Below, piece by piece: positions 9,099-19,049 of a DNA stretch of 64,000 nt. The notes under the pieces were generated by a model, which was not told where the DNA came from, ran no database searches, and was given only the letters and a program-made list of their open reading frames with translations. The stretch spans positions 8,527 to 72,526 of the forward strand of contig JAFUQQ010000013.1 in NCBI GenBank assembly GCA_017472285.1, written 5' to 3'. Positions within the stretch are counted from its first letter, which is position 1; every line of letters starts with the position of its first letter. A program made the position numbers and the translations under genes. This DNA is from Clostridia bacterium. GTDB taxonomy: Bacteria > Bacillota > Clostridia > Oscillospirales > CAG-272.

Positions 9099-9518
9099 CT
9101 AAAGATTCGGTCTTTGCTCGTCGTTATGGATCACAACGTCGGAGGGCGGTTGCGAACCGTAAAGGGAATCGGGCAAGGGAATGAGGGGGACGGGCTGAAT
9201 GGACGTGATGCCGGGATAGATGGGGATATTCAGATTGACTGCACTGAAATAACCGTCGGCGGTGACTTCCGTTGTGATCTCGCTATACGGTTTCTTTCCG
9301 CCGGGAGATAGGGATTCGGAAACGGATGGGGTTGCGATCGATATCGGCTCGGTAATGCCGCTGTTATCCGTCGTAAAAATACCGAGCGTGCGGATGTGTC
9401 CGTTTTCATCTTCTGCGCGGACGATCACGCGCGCGCCTTCGATCGGAACAGCTCCCGATGCGGCGCTGACCTGTACGACGAGCTTTCCCGTGTTTTTATC
9501 ATTTTGTAAAGTATCCAT
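9099..9518 (-). CDS. Stand-alone SleC N-terminal pre/pro-domain-like protein
   Basis: GKLVVQV...PIEGARV...TDNSG.T....TP....SLSP...PYS...V.ADGY......I.IYPG resembles the N-terminal region of clostridial SleC. Confidence 0.7.
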   Translation of the reverse strand: MDTLQNDKNTGKLVVQVSAASGAVPIEGARVIVRAEDENGHIRTLGIFTTDNSGITEPISIATPSVSESLSPGGKKPYSEITTEVTADGYFSAVNLNIPIYPGITSIQPVPLIPLPDSLYGSQPPSDVVIHNDEQRPNL

Positions 9519-9647
9519 ACATATTCCTTTCTTCTTCTGATATGGAAGTGATAAGCCTTTCATAGTGATTCTATGCAAGGAGAATCACTTTTGCGAAGAA
9601 ATTTAAAAAATATTTGGATGATTTTTGAATAATTTTTGTAAATCCAC

Positions 9648-9677
9648 TTGACAGGAAACCCTTATTTGTAGTATAAT
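9648..9677 (+). promoter_or_regulatory. Sigma-A promoter of rpsU
   Basis: TTGACA-18 bp-TATAAT with an AT-rich upstream region. Confidence 0.75.
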
Positions 9678-9738
9678 AAACGTCGAGAAATTTTAAATTC
9701 TCTTTGCACTTTTTTTCATGCGGAGGGAGGGATCATGA

Positions 9739-9918
9739 ATGGCTGAAGTTAGAGTTAAAGAAAACGAATCGCTTGACAGCGCTCTTCGCAGATTTAAGAG
9801 ACAGTGCGCTCGCTCCGGAGTAATCGCTGAGGTTAAGAAGAGAGAGCACTACGAAAAACCGAGTGTTAAGCGTAAAAAGAAATCTGAAGCTGCAAGAAAG
9901 CGCAAATTCAAAAGCTAA
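9739..9918 (+). CDS. rpsU: 30S ribosomal protein S21 (not in the ORF track)
   Basis: Translated by hand: [59 protein letters not shown]; SD GGAGGG. Confidence 0.97.
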   Translation: MAEVRVKENESLDSALRRFKRQCARSGVIAEVKKREHYEKPSVKRKKKSEAARKRKFKS

Positions 9919-9947
9919 ATCGTAGCTGAACTTTGCAAAAACAACTT

Positions 9948-9980
9948 ACCCCACGAGGCGCACAGTTTCGTGGGGTTTTT
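9948..9980 (+). terminator. Terminator after rpsU
   Basis: accccacgag...ttcgtggggttttt. Confidence 0.7.
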
Positions 9981-10045
9981 GTTTGGAAATCGATTAACCT
10001 CACAAAATGAGGAAATACTATACATATATTTTTTAAGGATATCTT

Positions 10046-10564
10046 ATGGAAAAGAAAGCTTATCTTGAGATCGCAAAGATCATCAATACCCACGGCGTGC
10101 GCGGCGCGGTCAAGCTTGACCCTTGGTGCGACGGTCCGCAGGTATTCAAAAAATTAAAGCATCTTTATCTCGAAAACGGAAAAGAATTTGAGGTTTCCGA
10201 CGTGAAGACCGTTGGCGTGTTCGTCGTTTGTTCGCTTTCGGGTGTCACGACCGTGGAAGATGCCATCAAACTCAAAAATAAAATCCTCCTTGCAAAAAGA
10301 GAAGAAATTCCGCTTGCAAAAGGTTCGCATTTCATCTGCGATATGATCGGTCTTCCCGTCAAAGATGCGAATACGGGCGAGGTCTACGGAACGCTGGAAG
10401 CCGTTTCTCAGCCCGCTTTGCAGGAAATCTATGAGATCAGAACGCCAAGCGGCAAGCTCGTTCTCATGCCCGCCGTTCCGCAGTTTGTCGACCGTATTGA
10501 TACGGATGACGCGATCCATATCACCCCCATTGACGGCTTTTTCAGTGATGCCGAGGAAGCGTGA
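10046..10564 (+). CDS. rimM: 16S rRNA processing protein RimM
   Basis: IINTHGVRGAVK, PRC-barrel C-terminus, next to trmD. Confidence 0.92.
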   Translation: MEKKAYLEIAKIINTHGVRGAVKLDPWCDGPQVFKKLKHLYLENGKEFEVSDVKTVGVFVVCSLSGVTTVEDAIKLKNKILLAKREEIPLAKGSHFICDMIGLPVKDANTGEVYGTLEAVSQPALQEIYEIRTPSGKLVLMPAVPQFVDRIDTDDAIHITPIDGFFSDAEEA

Positions 10565-10572
10565 GGGCTGTC

Positions 10573-11295
10573 ATGCGTTTTGACATTATGACACTGTTTC
10601 CCGCGCTCGTGGATACCGTGCTTTCCGAAAGCATTATCGGCCGAGCGAGAAATGCGGGAATCATCGATATTCATGCGCATAATATCCGCGATTATTCCAA
10701 GGATAAGCACAGACGCGTGGACGATACGCCTTACGGCGGTGGCAAAGGGATGCTCATGAGCCCCGTGCCGATCTATGATTGCTATCTTGACGTGATCGAT
10801 CCCGAAAAAAATCCGTGCGAGCGCAGACGCGTGCTCTATATGTCCCCGCAAGGTGCGGTGCTGACACAGGCAAAAGCTAAGGAATTTTCGGAAAATTATG
10901 ATAATATCATCATCCTCTGCGGTCATTACGAGGGCGTTGACCAGCGTATCATTGACGAGATCGTTGACGAGGAGATCTCTATCGGCGATTACGTTTTGAC
11001 GGGCGGTGAGATTCCCGCCTGTATCGTCGTGGATGCCGTTTCCCGATTGCTTCCCGGTGTGCTTTCTGATGCGGAATGTTTTGAAAAGGAAAGCTTCTCG
11101 GATGAAACGCTTCTCGAATATCCTCAATACACAAGACCTTACGATTTCCGCGGCAGAACTGTTCCCGATGTGCTTCTGAGCGGACATCATGCCAATATCG
11201 AAAAATGGCGCGCCGAAAAAGCTCTCGAAAAAACGAAAGCCGCGCGTCCCGACCTGATCGAAAGACGTAACGAAATTTCCAAAGAAAGAGATTGA
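10573..11295 (+). CDS. trmD: tRNA (guanine-37-N1)-methyltransferase
   Basis: VDDTPYGGGKGM, MSPQG, LCGHYEGVDQR, SIGDYVLTGGE, EYPQYTRP. Confidence 0.97.
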   Translation: MRFDIMTLFPALVDTVLSESIIGRARNAGIIDIHAHNIRDYSKDKHRRVDDTPYGGGKGMLMSPVPIYDCYLDVIDPEKNPCERRRVLYMSPQGAVLTQAKAKEFSENYDNIIILCGHYEGVDQRIIDEIVDEEISIGDYVLTGGEIPACIVVDAVSRLLPGVLSDAECFEKESFSDETLLEYPQYTRPYDFRGRTVPDVLLSGHHANIEKWRAEKALEKTKAARPDLIERRNEISKERD

Positions 11296-11302
11296 ACACC
11301 AA

Positions 11303-12883
11303 ATGAAAAAACGCGATTTTTTCCGCAGTGCAGGCGCGACCGTTGCCGTCATGATCCTTGCGACCCTTCTTTCCAAAGCATTGGGACTCGTAAGACAAAT
11401 GATGACGGCTGCCATCTTTGCCGCAAGCATGGAAGGGATCGCGTTTTCTACTGCCTCCAGATTGCCGCTTGCGATCTTTGATATGCTGTTTTCCACGGCA
11501 GTCGTCGGCGCATTTCTGCCTATCTATAAAGGCAATCTTTCTTCCGACAAAGAAAGGGCAAAACGCTTCTCATCATCATTCCTGACGACCGTGACGCTCG
11601 TGACAGCCGCCGTTTCCTTGCTCGGTATTCTTTTTGCCGAACCGCTCATTGCGCTTTCCGCGCCCGATCTTGACGAAAAGACCGCTTCTCTTGCCGTTAC
11701 GCTTCTGCGTATCATGTTTCCTTCCATGATCTTCGCAGGAGCGGCATATACGCTCGTTGGCATCCTTCAATCGCATGAAAGCTTTATTTTGCCCGCTCTC
11801 GTCAGCGCGATCTCCAATCTCGTTATGATTGTTTATCTGCTTTTCTGCAAAACTCCCGTGGATCAGACTGCGGCAATTGGCTTTGCTTTTGCATATCTTA
11901 TTTCATGGCTGGCGCAATTTCTGACGCTTGCCGTTCCGCTTTTCCGAAAAGGCTTTTTGCCTTCTCCGACGGCACGGCTGAACGATCCCGATACGATGCT
12001 TGCTTTGCGCCGTTCTCTGCCCGTGATGTTTGGTTCATGGCTTATTCCGATGATTACGCTTGCCGCGGGTGCGTTTTCTTCCTTTATTCCCGGCGGTGTC
12101 ATAGAAAACGGCGCGCAGACGGGGGCGGCGATCGTCGTTTACGAAAATGCTTTTTCTGTTTTTTCCATCGCGGCGGGACTTCTGACTTACGGGGTCTGTA
12201 ATTATATCTTCCCGAAGCTTTCCGCGCGCGCAGCAAACAAGGATGGAGAGGGATTCTCCCGGTTGATACAGAACGGACTTTTTGCTTCAGCTGCCTTAAT
12301 TTTGCCGATCACGATATTCGTTTTTTTACTTTCGGATGAGATTGTCACGCTTTTATATATGCGTGGTGCATTCTCGGCGGGACTTGCCGCGGCGGCAGGG
12401 AAAAGTCTGCGGATGCTTTCTCTTGCGATGCCGGCTTACGGGATCATCGAATTGCTCTCCCGTGTCTGTTATTCCGACGGAAAAGTGCGGCTCCCGATGC
12501 TATCTTCCTTTTGCGGTATTGCTTCGGCTTTGACGGCATTTTTTATCTTCCGTCTGACCGATATGCTCTCCGTGGAAACGGTCGCGCTTTCGGTCGCAAT
12601 CGGTCTTTCCGCGGCGGCGCTTACGCTTTATATCCTTTGTGCGCGCTTTTTCACGGATATGCATAAAGGAATGTGCTTTTCAAAATATATCCTTTTACTG
12701 ACGGGATGTGCGGTGAGTGGTGTCGTGATGTTTTTTTCTAAGCTATTTTTGGAACATTTTTTGAATTTTTCGGGTGCTTTTCAAAATTTTATCACAATAG
12801 CTATTGTCTTTATAACGGGTTTTATGGTATATTTAATATGGTTGATTATGACAAAGATCATCAATGCGGAAATGTTCCGCTGA
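11303..12883 (+). CDS. murJ: MurJ/MviN family lipid II or polysaccharide flippase
   Basis: Polytopic membrane protein; LLSKALGLVRQ, LYMRGAF motifs. Confidence 0.8.
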   Translation: MKKRDFFRSAGATVAVMILATLLSKALGLVRQMMTAAIFAASMEGIAFSTASRLPLAIFDMLFSTAVVGAFLPIYKGNLSSDKERAKRFSSSFLTTVTLVTAAVSLLGILFAEPLIALSAPDLDEKTASLAVTLLRIMFPSMIFAGAAYTLVGILQSHESFILPALVSAISNLVMIVYLLFCKTPVDQTAAIGFAFAYLISWLAQFLTLAVPLFRKGFLPSPTARLNDPDTMLALRRSLPVMFGSWLIPMITLAAGAFSSFIPGGVIENGAQTGAAIVVYENAFSVFSIAAGLLTYGVCNYIFPKLSARAANKDGEGFSRLIQNGLFASAALILPITIFVFLLSDEIVTLLYMRGAFSAGLAAAAGKSLRMLSLAMPAYGIIELLSRVCYSDGKVRLPMLSSFCGIASALTAFFIFRLTDMLSVETVALSVAIGLSAAALTLYILCARFFTDMHKGMCFSKYILLLTGCAVSGVVMFFSKLFLEHFLNFSGAFQNFITIAIVFITGFMVYLIWLIMTKIINAEMFR

Positions 12884-12910
12884 AACTATTCTCGGAAAGG
12901 GGGAAAGGTC

Positions 12911-14815
12911 TTGTCTTTCAATAAGAAAAAATTTTCTCGGTCGGGATTGTTCAGAAATTCCGTTCTGATCTATTATCTGACGAAATTTTCCGGATGGGTC
13001 TACCGTGGGTTTCTTTCCGGGATCTTCGGTTGGCTGCTCACTTCTTACGATTTCTTTGAAAAAGGATTTTCCGAGTCATTGATCGTCACAAAACTGAAAC
13101 TGATATCCGAACACAAGGTTTTTGGTTTCGCGAAGACTTGTAAGCGGTTTATTGCCAGACATTATGAAAGAAGCTTCTTTCTGAATCTTGTGAAAGGGAC
13201 GAAGCAAAGGATACTGACGGCGCGTGTCAATACCTTCGGTCTTTTCTTTTTCTCATACGGCTTCTATCTCGTTCTGATCCAGCTCATCAAACAATACGTC
13301 ATGGAAATGCAAACGACTGTGCCACACGCGATCTATATCGGCGGCGGCTGTATGGTCGGCGGCTTTTTCATGCTTTGTTCCAGAAAGAACGTCGCAAGGG
13401 CCATCTGGGACAGCCGTTTTCTTTGCGCAATCCTCTTTGATTTCCTCTCTCTCAGCAGTCTTGAGGTCGCGGAGGCGGCAACGGGTGAAGCCCATAAAGG
13501 CTTCAATATTCCGTTCCTTGGCGGTATGGCGTTCGGTATCCTTTCAATCTTTATCGATCCGCTTCTCATCATTCGCGTACTTCTTGTCCTCATGTTCCTT
13601 TCGATGATCTTTTCCTCGCCCGAATCGGGAATCGTTATGATTATGCTGGCTTTGCCGTTCCTTGAAACGATGACGCTTGCGGGGGTACTCTGTCTGATTT
13701 TCATTTCCTATGCATTGAAATGGCTTTGCGGCAGACGCACGTTTCATGTCCGCTTCGTAGATTTCTTTGTGATCGCCTTTATGATTTTCGTCTTTTTTGG
13801 CGGAATTTTCACGATCGATGGCTCCAGCTTCCAAAAGATGCTCCTTTTCCTTTGTTTTATTTCGGGGTATTTCACCGTGAAAAACCTGATCGCATCGCCT
13901 TCTCTTGTTAGGAGCTGTCTGTATGCGCTCGTGATTTCAGCCGCTGCCGTTGCGCTTTACGGGATTTATCAGAATTATTTCGGAACGCTCTCAACGGTAT
14001 GGCAGGATACTTCCGTTTTCACGGAGATCAAGGGTCGTGTCATTTCTACATTTGAAAATCCGAACGTCCTCGGAGAATATTTGATCCTCGTCATCCCCAT
14101 CACAATCGCTTTGATGGCAAGTACGGAAAATGCGCTTGGCAGATTCGGTCTTTTTGCCGCCGTTGCCGCAGAATGTGCTTGTCTCGTCTTTACTTGGTCG
14201 CGCGGTGCATGGATCGGTTTTGCGATTGCAACGGTGATCTTCCTTTGCGTTTCCAGCAAATATTTCATGACAGCGGGACTTCTTTCCATTCCTGTCATCG
14301 CGACATTTGCCGTTTTCAAGATCGATTCTTCCATTATCCGAAGGATCACGAGCTTCGGCGACAGCTCCACATCTTACCGTCTGGATATCTGGGAAGGTGT
14401 GCTGCGTATGCTGGAGGATATCGGTATTTACGGTATCGGTATCGGAGAAGGCGCGTTCAGAAAATTATATCCCGTATATTCTCTCGCGGAGATCGAAGCC
14501 GCACCGCATAGCCATAATCTTTATCTTCAGATCTCTGTGGAGACCGGATTTTTCTCGCTCATCGTCTTTTTGCTTTTCATTTGCGCATTCACTCAGTGTT
14601 CCCTTAGCTTTTGCAAAAGCGCGGTCAACCGCTCCAATCGCTTGATTGCACTTGGTATTTTCTGCGGTGTGCTTGCGTTTTTGATTCAAGGTCTGACGGA
14701 TTACGTCTGGTATAATAACCGTATCTTCCTTTTATTTTGGCTGATTACGGGGCTCGGTATGGCGCACGTCATTACCGCGAAAGATACGTATGAGGAATCC
14801 GCGCAATACCATTAA
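12911..14815 (+). CDS. O-antigen ligase (Wzy_C) family membrane protein
   Basis: RVISTFENPNVLGEYL, FTWSRGAW, YRLDIW, GIGIGEG.F, HSHNLYLQ. Confidence 0.85.
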   Translation: MSFNKKKFSRSGLFRNSVLIYYLTKFSGWVYRGFLSGIFGWLLTSYDFFEKGFSESLIVTKLKLISEHKVFGFAKTCKRFIARHYERSFFLNLVKGTKQRILTARVNTFGLFFFSYGFYLVLIQLIKQYVMEMQTTVPHAIYIGGGCMVGGFFMLCSRKNVARAIWDSRFLCAILFDFLSLSSLEVAEAATGEAHKGFNIPFLGGMAFGILSIFIDPLLIIRVLLVLMFLSMIFSSPESGIVMIMLALPFLETMTLAGVLCLIFISYALKWLCGRRTFHVRFVDFFVIAFMIFVFFGGIFTIDGSSFQKMLLFLCFISGYFTVKNLIASPSLVRSCLYALVISAAAVALYGIYQNYFGTLSTVWQDTSVFTEIKGRVISTFENPNVLGEYLILVIPITIALMASTENALGRFGLFAAVAAECACLVFTWSRGAWIGFAIATVIFLCVSSKYFMTAGLLSIPVIATFAVFKIDSSIIRRITSFGDSSTSYRLDIWEGVLRMLEDIGIYGIGIGEGAFRKLYPVYSLAEIEAAPHSHNLYLQISVETGFFSLIVFLLFICAFTQCSLSFCKSAVNRSNRLIALGIFCGVLAFLIQGLTDYVWYNNRIFLLFWLITGLGMAHVITAKDTYEESAQYH

Positions 14816-14922
14816 AGGCAGCGAATCCATTTTCGTAAAAATTTCCGTTTGCCGTCGGCGGCGGCAACATTCGTTAAAAATAAAAACAAAAATAAAAAAC
14901 CGTCGGGAAAAGAGTTATATTT

Positions 14923-15432
14923 ATGCTTCAGCAAAGAAAAAAAGCGCGATTCAATCTGGTTGATGCGCTGATTATCATTTTTATCCTTGCCGTGATCGCG
15001 GTGGCTGCATATCTTCTTTTGAGTGTGCTTCGTCAGCCCCGCACGGTCAGCAACAGCGGTCAGATCGAATTTGACGTTCGTATCTCCAACGTTGACGAAT
15101 CCTGTCTTTCTTTGATTAAAAACGGCGATACGGTCAAGGATTCCGTAACGGGTGCTGTGCTCGGAACGATCGTAGATGTGCAAACCGAAAAAGCACAGTA
15201 TTATGGTACGGTCGCTGTGGAAGAAGACGGTGTAATTACCGTTCCCACAACGGATTATACCGATAAATACGACGTATACGTTAAAATCACTGCCAACGCG
15301 GAAAAAGATGAACGAGGTATCCATACCGTTGCGGGTACAAGAATCGTCATCGGTTCCACCGTTTATTTCAAAGTCCCTTCGTTCACCTCCATTTCTTATA
15401 TTACGGAATTTTCAACGAGAACACCCGGCTGA
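14923..15432 (+). CDS. DUF4330-like membrane-anchored protein
   Basis: FNLVDALIIIFILAV N-terminal anchor typical of DUF4330. Confidence 0.7.
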   Translation: MLQQRKKARFNLVDALIIIFILAVIAVAAYLLLSVLRQPRTVSNSGQIEFDVRISNVDESCLSLIKNGDTVKDSVTGAVLGTIVDVQTEKAQYYGTVAVEEDGVITVPTTDYTDKYDVYVKITANAEKDERGIHTVAGTRIVIGSTVYFKVPSFTSISYITEFSTRTPG

Positions 15433-15459
15433 CAGCCTTTTTCAGAAAGGAAATAACAT

Positions 15460-15939
15460 ATGCAAACGAAACAGAAAACAGGTCCGAGATTCAATATATT
15501 TGACGTGCTGATCATTCTTGCGGTCATTTCCTGTATCGCGGCGATCGTTGTCAAAGTATTCTTTATTGAAGAAGTACAAGCGGATCTCAATAACGCAGAG
15601 ATCACTTTCATTGTCGAAAATGTATCTGAAGGTACGGCGGAAGCATTTTGTGTGCCGGATAGACAGATCTATCTTCAGGATGATGATACGCAGATCGGTA
15701 CCCTTCAGAGTGCATCGTATTCCGCACAGAAACTGCTTGTGGAAGATGCAGGCGGTAAGCTCGTCGAGGCTGACCATCCTACCAAAAAACAGATACAGGG
15801 GGTCGCTTCCATGAGCGGTTATTGGAGCGAAGATGGCTTCCTGATTGGCGGTACACATCTCGCGACGGTCGGCAGTACCTTCAAAATTTATACGAAGGAC
15901 GTTGCTTGTACGATCAAGATCGTCGGTATTGCTGAATGA
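15460..15939 (+). CDS. DUF4330-like membrane-anchored protein (paralog)
   Basis: FNIFDVLIILAVI anchor; same length and layout as the previous gene. Confidence 0.7.
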   Translation: MQTKQKTGPRFNIFDVLIILAVISCIAAIVVKVFFIEEVQADLNNAEITFIVENVSEGTAEAFCVPDRQIYLQDDDTQIGTLQSASYSAQKLLVEDAGGKLVEADHPTKKQIQGVASMSGYWSEDGFLIGGTHLATVGSTFKIYTKDVACTIKIVGIAE

Positions 15940-16117
15940 ATTTGGGAAAGTCTGCCTTTTTTGAAAGAAATTTTTCAAAAAAATCACGGATATTCATAAT
16001 TTTTTAAAAAAAACTATTGATTTTACGGATAATCATTGATATAATAATTATTAATTGATAGTTCAAACATTGATTGTTTTGACAAGCAGTAAAATTGAAA
16101 CAGGAGTATGATTAACA

Positions 16118-16375
16118 ATGATTTCCAGAGATATAACCATCAAAAACAGCGTAGGTCTTTACGCAAGACCCGCAACCTTTTTTATTCAGAAGGCTAACTC
16201 CTATAAAAGCTCCATTTGGATCGAAAAGGACGACCGCCGTGTCAATGCAAAGAGCCTTCTCGGTGTTCTTTCCTTGGCGATCGCAGGCGGCACTACCATC
16301 ACGCTCGTTGCAGACGGTCCCGATGAAGCAGAAGCACTCAGCGGCATCGAAGAACTCGTAAGCAAAGAAATCTGA
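16118..16375 (+). CDS. HPr family phosphocarrier protein (His15 replaced by Tyr)
   Basis: GLYARPA in place of GLHARPA; NAKSLLGVLSL regulatory Ser motif. Confidence 0.85.
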   Translation: MISRDITIKNSVGLYARPATFFIQKANSYKSSIWIEKDDRRVNAKSLLGVLSLAIAGGTTITLVADGPDEAEALSGIEELVSKEI

Positions 16376-16396
16376 GCGTAAAATAGTTAACCGATA

Positions 16397-16429
16397 ACGA
16401 CAGGAGCAGAGTGCTTCTGTCGTTTTTTT
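16397..16429 (+). terminator. Terminator after the HPr gene
   Basis: acgacaggagca-gag-tgcttctgtcgttttttt. Confidence 0.75.
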
Positions 16430-16500
16430 ATACTGTAAGAAATTGCGTTGCTCACGCGATCCGCATCTCCTCACAAGATGGAAAATTCACACGAAATATA

Positions 16501-16576
16501 GACAGAGGTGCCATAGGGGTGCAGGCACTGCCTGCCGTTTCTTTTGCTTACTTTTTCTTTTCGTAGAGAAAAGCGG
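16501..16576 (+). repeat. Family A repeat fused to the uvrC ribosome-binding site
   Basis: gacagagg..cataggggtgcaggcactgcctgccgtttcttttgcttactttttcttttcgtagagaaaagcgg then GGAGG and ATG. Confidence 0.85.
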
Positions 16577-16585
16577 GGAGGTATT

Positions 16586-18412
16586 ATGATAAAAGAAGAA
16601 TATGCCGAAAGGCTCAGAGAAAAAGCGGCGGCTTTGCCGCTCACACCGGGCGTTTATATTATGCGGGATGTGGCGGGAAAAGTCATCTACGTCGGAAAAT
16701 CCCGCGCGCTGAAGAACCGCGTCAGCGGCTATTTTCAGGAAAGCGGTCAGAACAGCTATAAGACCGATGCCATGACATCTCATATCCATGATTTCGACTA
16801 TATCCTTTGCGATACGGAGATCGAAGCGCTGACACTTGAAAATAATCTCATCAAGCTCTACCATCCCCGATACAATATCAAACTCAAGGATGATAAATCC
16901 TATCCCTATCTGAAAGCGACGGTCGGAGAAGAATTTCCCCGTTTCGTGCTGACACGGAAAAGAGAAAGTGAAAAAGCCAAATATTTCGGTCCATATACAA
17001 GCACGCAGACCGTTTACGGCATCATTTCCGCTTTGCAAAAAACATTCGGTCTTCCGTCATGCTGCCATCATTTTCCGAAAGACAGGGGCAGAGTCAAAAA
17101 TTGCGTCTATAAACAGCTCGGCTGTATTGCGCCTTGCGATCCTTCTGTTTCTTCGGAAGCTTATAAAGAAGCCTTTATGCAAGCCGTATCATTCCTTTCG
17201 GGCAATTATGAAAAAATTATCGAATCCCTGACGGAAAAAATGGAATATGCCGCGGAAAATCTTGCTTTCGAAGCCGCGGCGGCTTACCGCGACCGTATCA
17301 GAGCCGTTAAAAAATTGGAGGAAAAACAAAAAGTCGTTGCCAGCCCCGATACCGAAAGAGATATCGTCGCATGGCACGTCGGGGACCCCATTTCTTCCAT
17401 CTGTATCTTCTATATCCGCTTCGGTAAGCTCATCGATTCCGAAATGTTCTATTTTTCGGGCGGTGAAATTCTTGATAGCGATGCCATCGTGTCATTCATT
17501 TATGAGCTTTATACGCGCCGTGAATATATCCCGAAAGAAGTCAATCCCGCGGATATTTTAGCGGAAGAAGATGCCGAAGCGGTTTCCGCATGGCTGACGG
17601 AAAAAGCGGGCTACCGTGTCTACGTCCGTACCCCTTTCAAAGGGGAAACACGCAGACTTTGCGATATGGCAAGAGAAAACGCCGAAGTCCGAGCTAAAGA
17701 ATATGCCAAAGCGGCGGAAAAAAGCGATAAATCCCTCGTCCGTCTTGCCGCCCTTTGCGGACTTGAAGCCGTTCCCGAACGCATCGAAGCCTTTGATATC
17801 TCCAATTTCGGAGATGATAATATCACGGCGGGTATGGTCGTTTATGAAAATGCCAAGCCGAAAAAGAGCGATTACCGCCTTTTCAATATCAGGTCAACGG
17901 AAACCCGTGATGATTACGCGTCCATGCGTGAAGCCGTTGCCAGACGTGTGGCACATTTTGCCGATGAAGGCGCAAAAATCCCCGATCTTTTCCTGATTGA
18001 CGGCGGCGAGAATCATCGTGCGATCGCAGCGGCGGAGGTTGCGGCGGCGGGATATAATATCCCTGTTTTCGGTATGGTCAAGGATGAATTTCATAAGACG
18101 CGCGCTCTTGTCGGAGAGATGGGTGAGATATCCATTGCCGCGGAACAATCCGTCTATACTTTAATTTATAACATCCAGGAAGAAGTCCACCGCTTCACGA
18201 TCTCTAAAATGGGCGCGGCAAAGCGCAAAACACAAACGACTTCCGTTCTGGAAGAGATCGACGGTATTGGAAAAGCCCGTGCCCGTGCTTTACTCACACA
18301 TTTCGGCGGTCTTGCAGGCGTGAAAAAAGCAACTATCGAAGAATTGTGTGCCATACGCGGTGTCACTCCCGATATTGCGGAAAAGATCGTCGCATATTTT
18401 TCCTCCCATTGA
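16586..18412 (+). CDS. uvrC: Excinuclease ABC subunit C
   Basis: GIY-YIG (PGVYIM...YVGKS), LENNLIK.YHPRYN, RIEAFDISN, LIDGG, HhH GIGKAR. Confidence 0.97.
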   Translation: MIKEEYAERLREKAAALPLTPGVYIMRDVAGKVIYVGKSRALKNRVSGYFQESGQNSYKTDAMTSHIHDFDYILCDTEIEALTLENNLIKLYHPRYNIKLKDDKSYPYLKATVGEEFPRFVLTRKRESEKAKYFGPYTSTQTVYGIISALQKTFGLPSCCHHFPKDRGRVKNCVYKQLGCIAPCDPSVSSEAYKEAFMQAVSFLSGNYEKIIESLTEKMEYAAENLAFEAAAAYRDRIRAVKKLEEKQKVVASPDTERDIVAWHVGDPISSICIFYIRFGKLIDSEMFYFSGGEILDSDAIVSFIYELYTRREYIPKEVNPADILAEEDAEAVSAWLTEKAGYRVYVRTPFKGETRRLCDMARENAEVRAKEYAKAAEKSDKSLVRLAALCGLEAVPERIEAFDISNFGDDNITAGMVVYENAKPKKSDYRLFNIRSTETRDDYASMREAVARRVAHFADEGAKIPDLFLIDGGENHRAIAAAEVAAAGYNIPVFGMVKDEFHKTRALVGEMGEISIAAEQSVYTLIYNIQEEVHRFTISKMGAAKRKTQTTSVLEEIDGIGKARARALLTHFGGLAGVKKATIEELCAIRGVTPDIAEKIVAYFSSH

Positions 18413-18479
18413 AGTTTTTTGAAAGAGGTTTGGAGAAATGTTTTCTCCGAATAAAGATAAAAAGAAAGGAATTATCATT

Positions 18480-19049
18480 ATGAGAATCATTACAGGAACA
18501 GCGCGCGGCGCGGTACTTGCAACCCTTGAAGGCGAAGCGACTCGTCCGACTCCCGCCAAAGTCAAAGAAGCACTTTTCAGCTCCATTCAATTTGATATTG
18601 AAGGCAGACGCGTGCTCGATCTTTTTGCGGGTTCGGGTCAGCTCGGTCTGGAAGCGCTTAGCCGCGGTGCAGAAAAAGCAACTTTTGTGGACGGCGCAAA
18701 GGATGCAACTGCAATCATTACTGCCAATGCACAGAAAACTCATCTGTATCAGAAATCCAATGTACTTTGCATGGATTGGAAACAATATATCAAATCCGCG
18801 GGCGGCAGAAGCCAATTCGATCTCGTTTTCCTTGATCCTCCTTATGCACTCCGCTTGCTCCCTCAGGTGACGGCGGCTCTTTATGATGCGGATATGCTTG
18901 CCGAAGGTGCGCTCGTGATCTGTGAAGATGAAGAAGGCGGTCTTGAAAATGATGTTATGGTGGAAGCGCGTTACGATCTTGTGAAAACAAGCCGTTACGG
19001 TCGTGTTCATCTGACGATCCTGACACCGAAGGCGGATGATGAAGCATGA
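18480..19049 (+). CDS. rsmD: 16S rRNA m2G966 methyltransferase
   Basis: MRIITG..RG, TRPT, LDLFAGSGQLGLEALSRGA, DPPY. Confidence 0.95.
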   Translation: MRIITGTARGAVLATLEGEATRPTPAKVKEALFSSIQFDIEGRRVLDLFAGSGQLGLEALSRGAEKATFVDGAKDATAIITANAQKTHLYQKSNVLCMDWKQYIKSAGGRSQFDLVFLDPPYALRLLPQVTAALYDADMLAEGALVICEDEEGGLENDVMVEARYDLVKTSRYGRVHLTILTPKADDEA

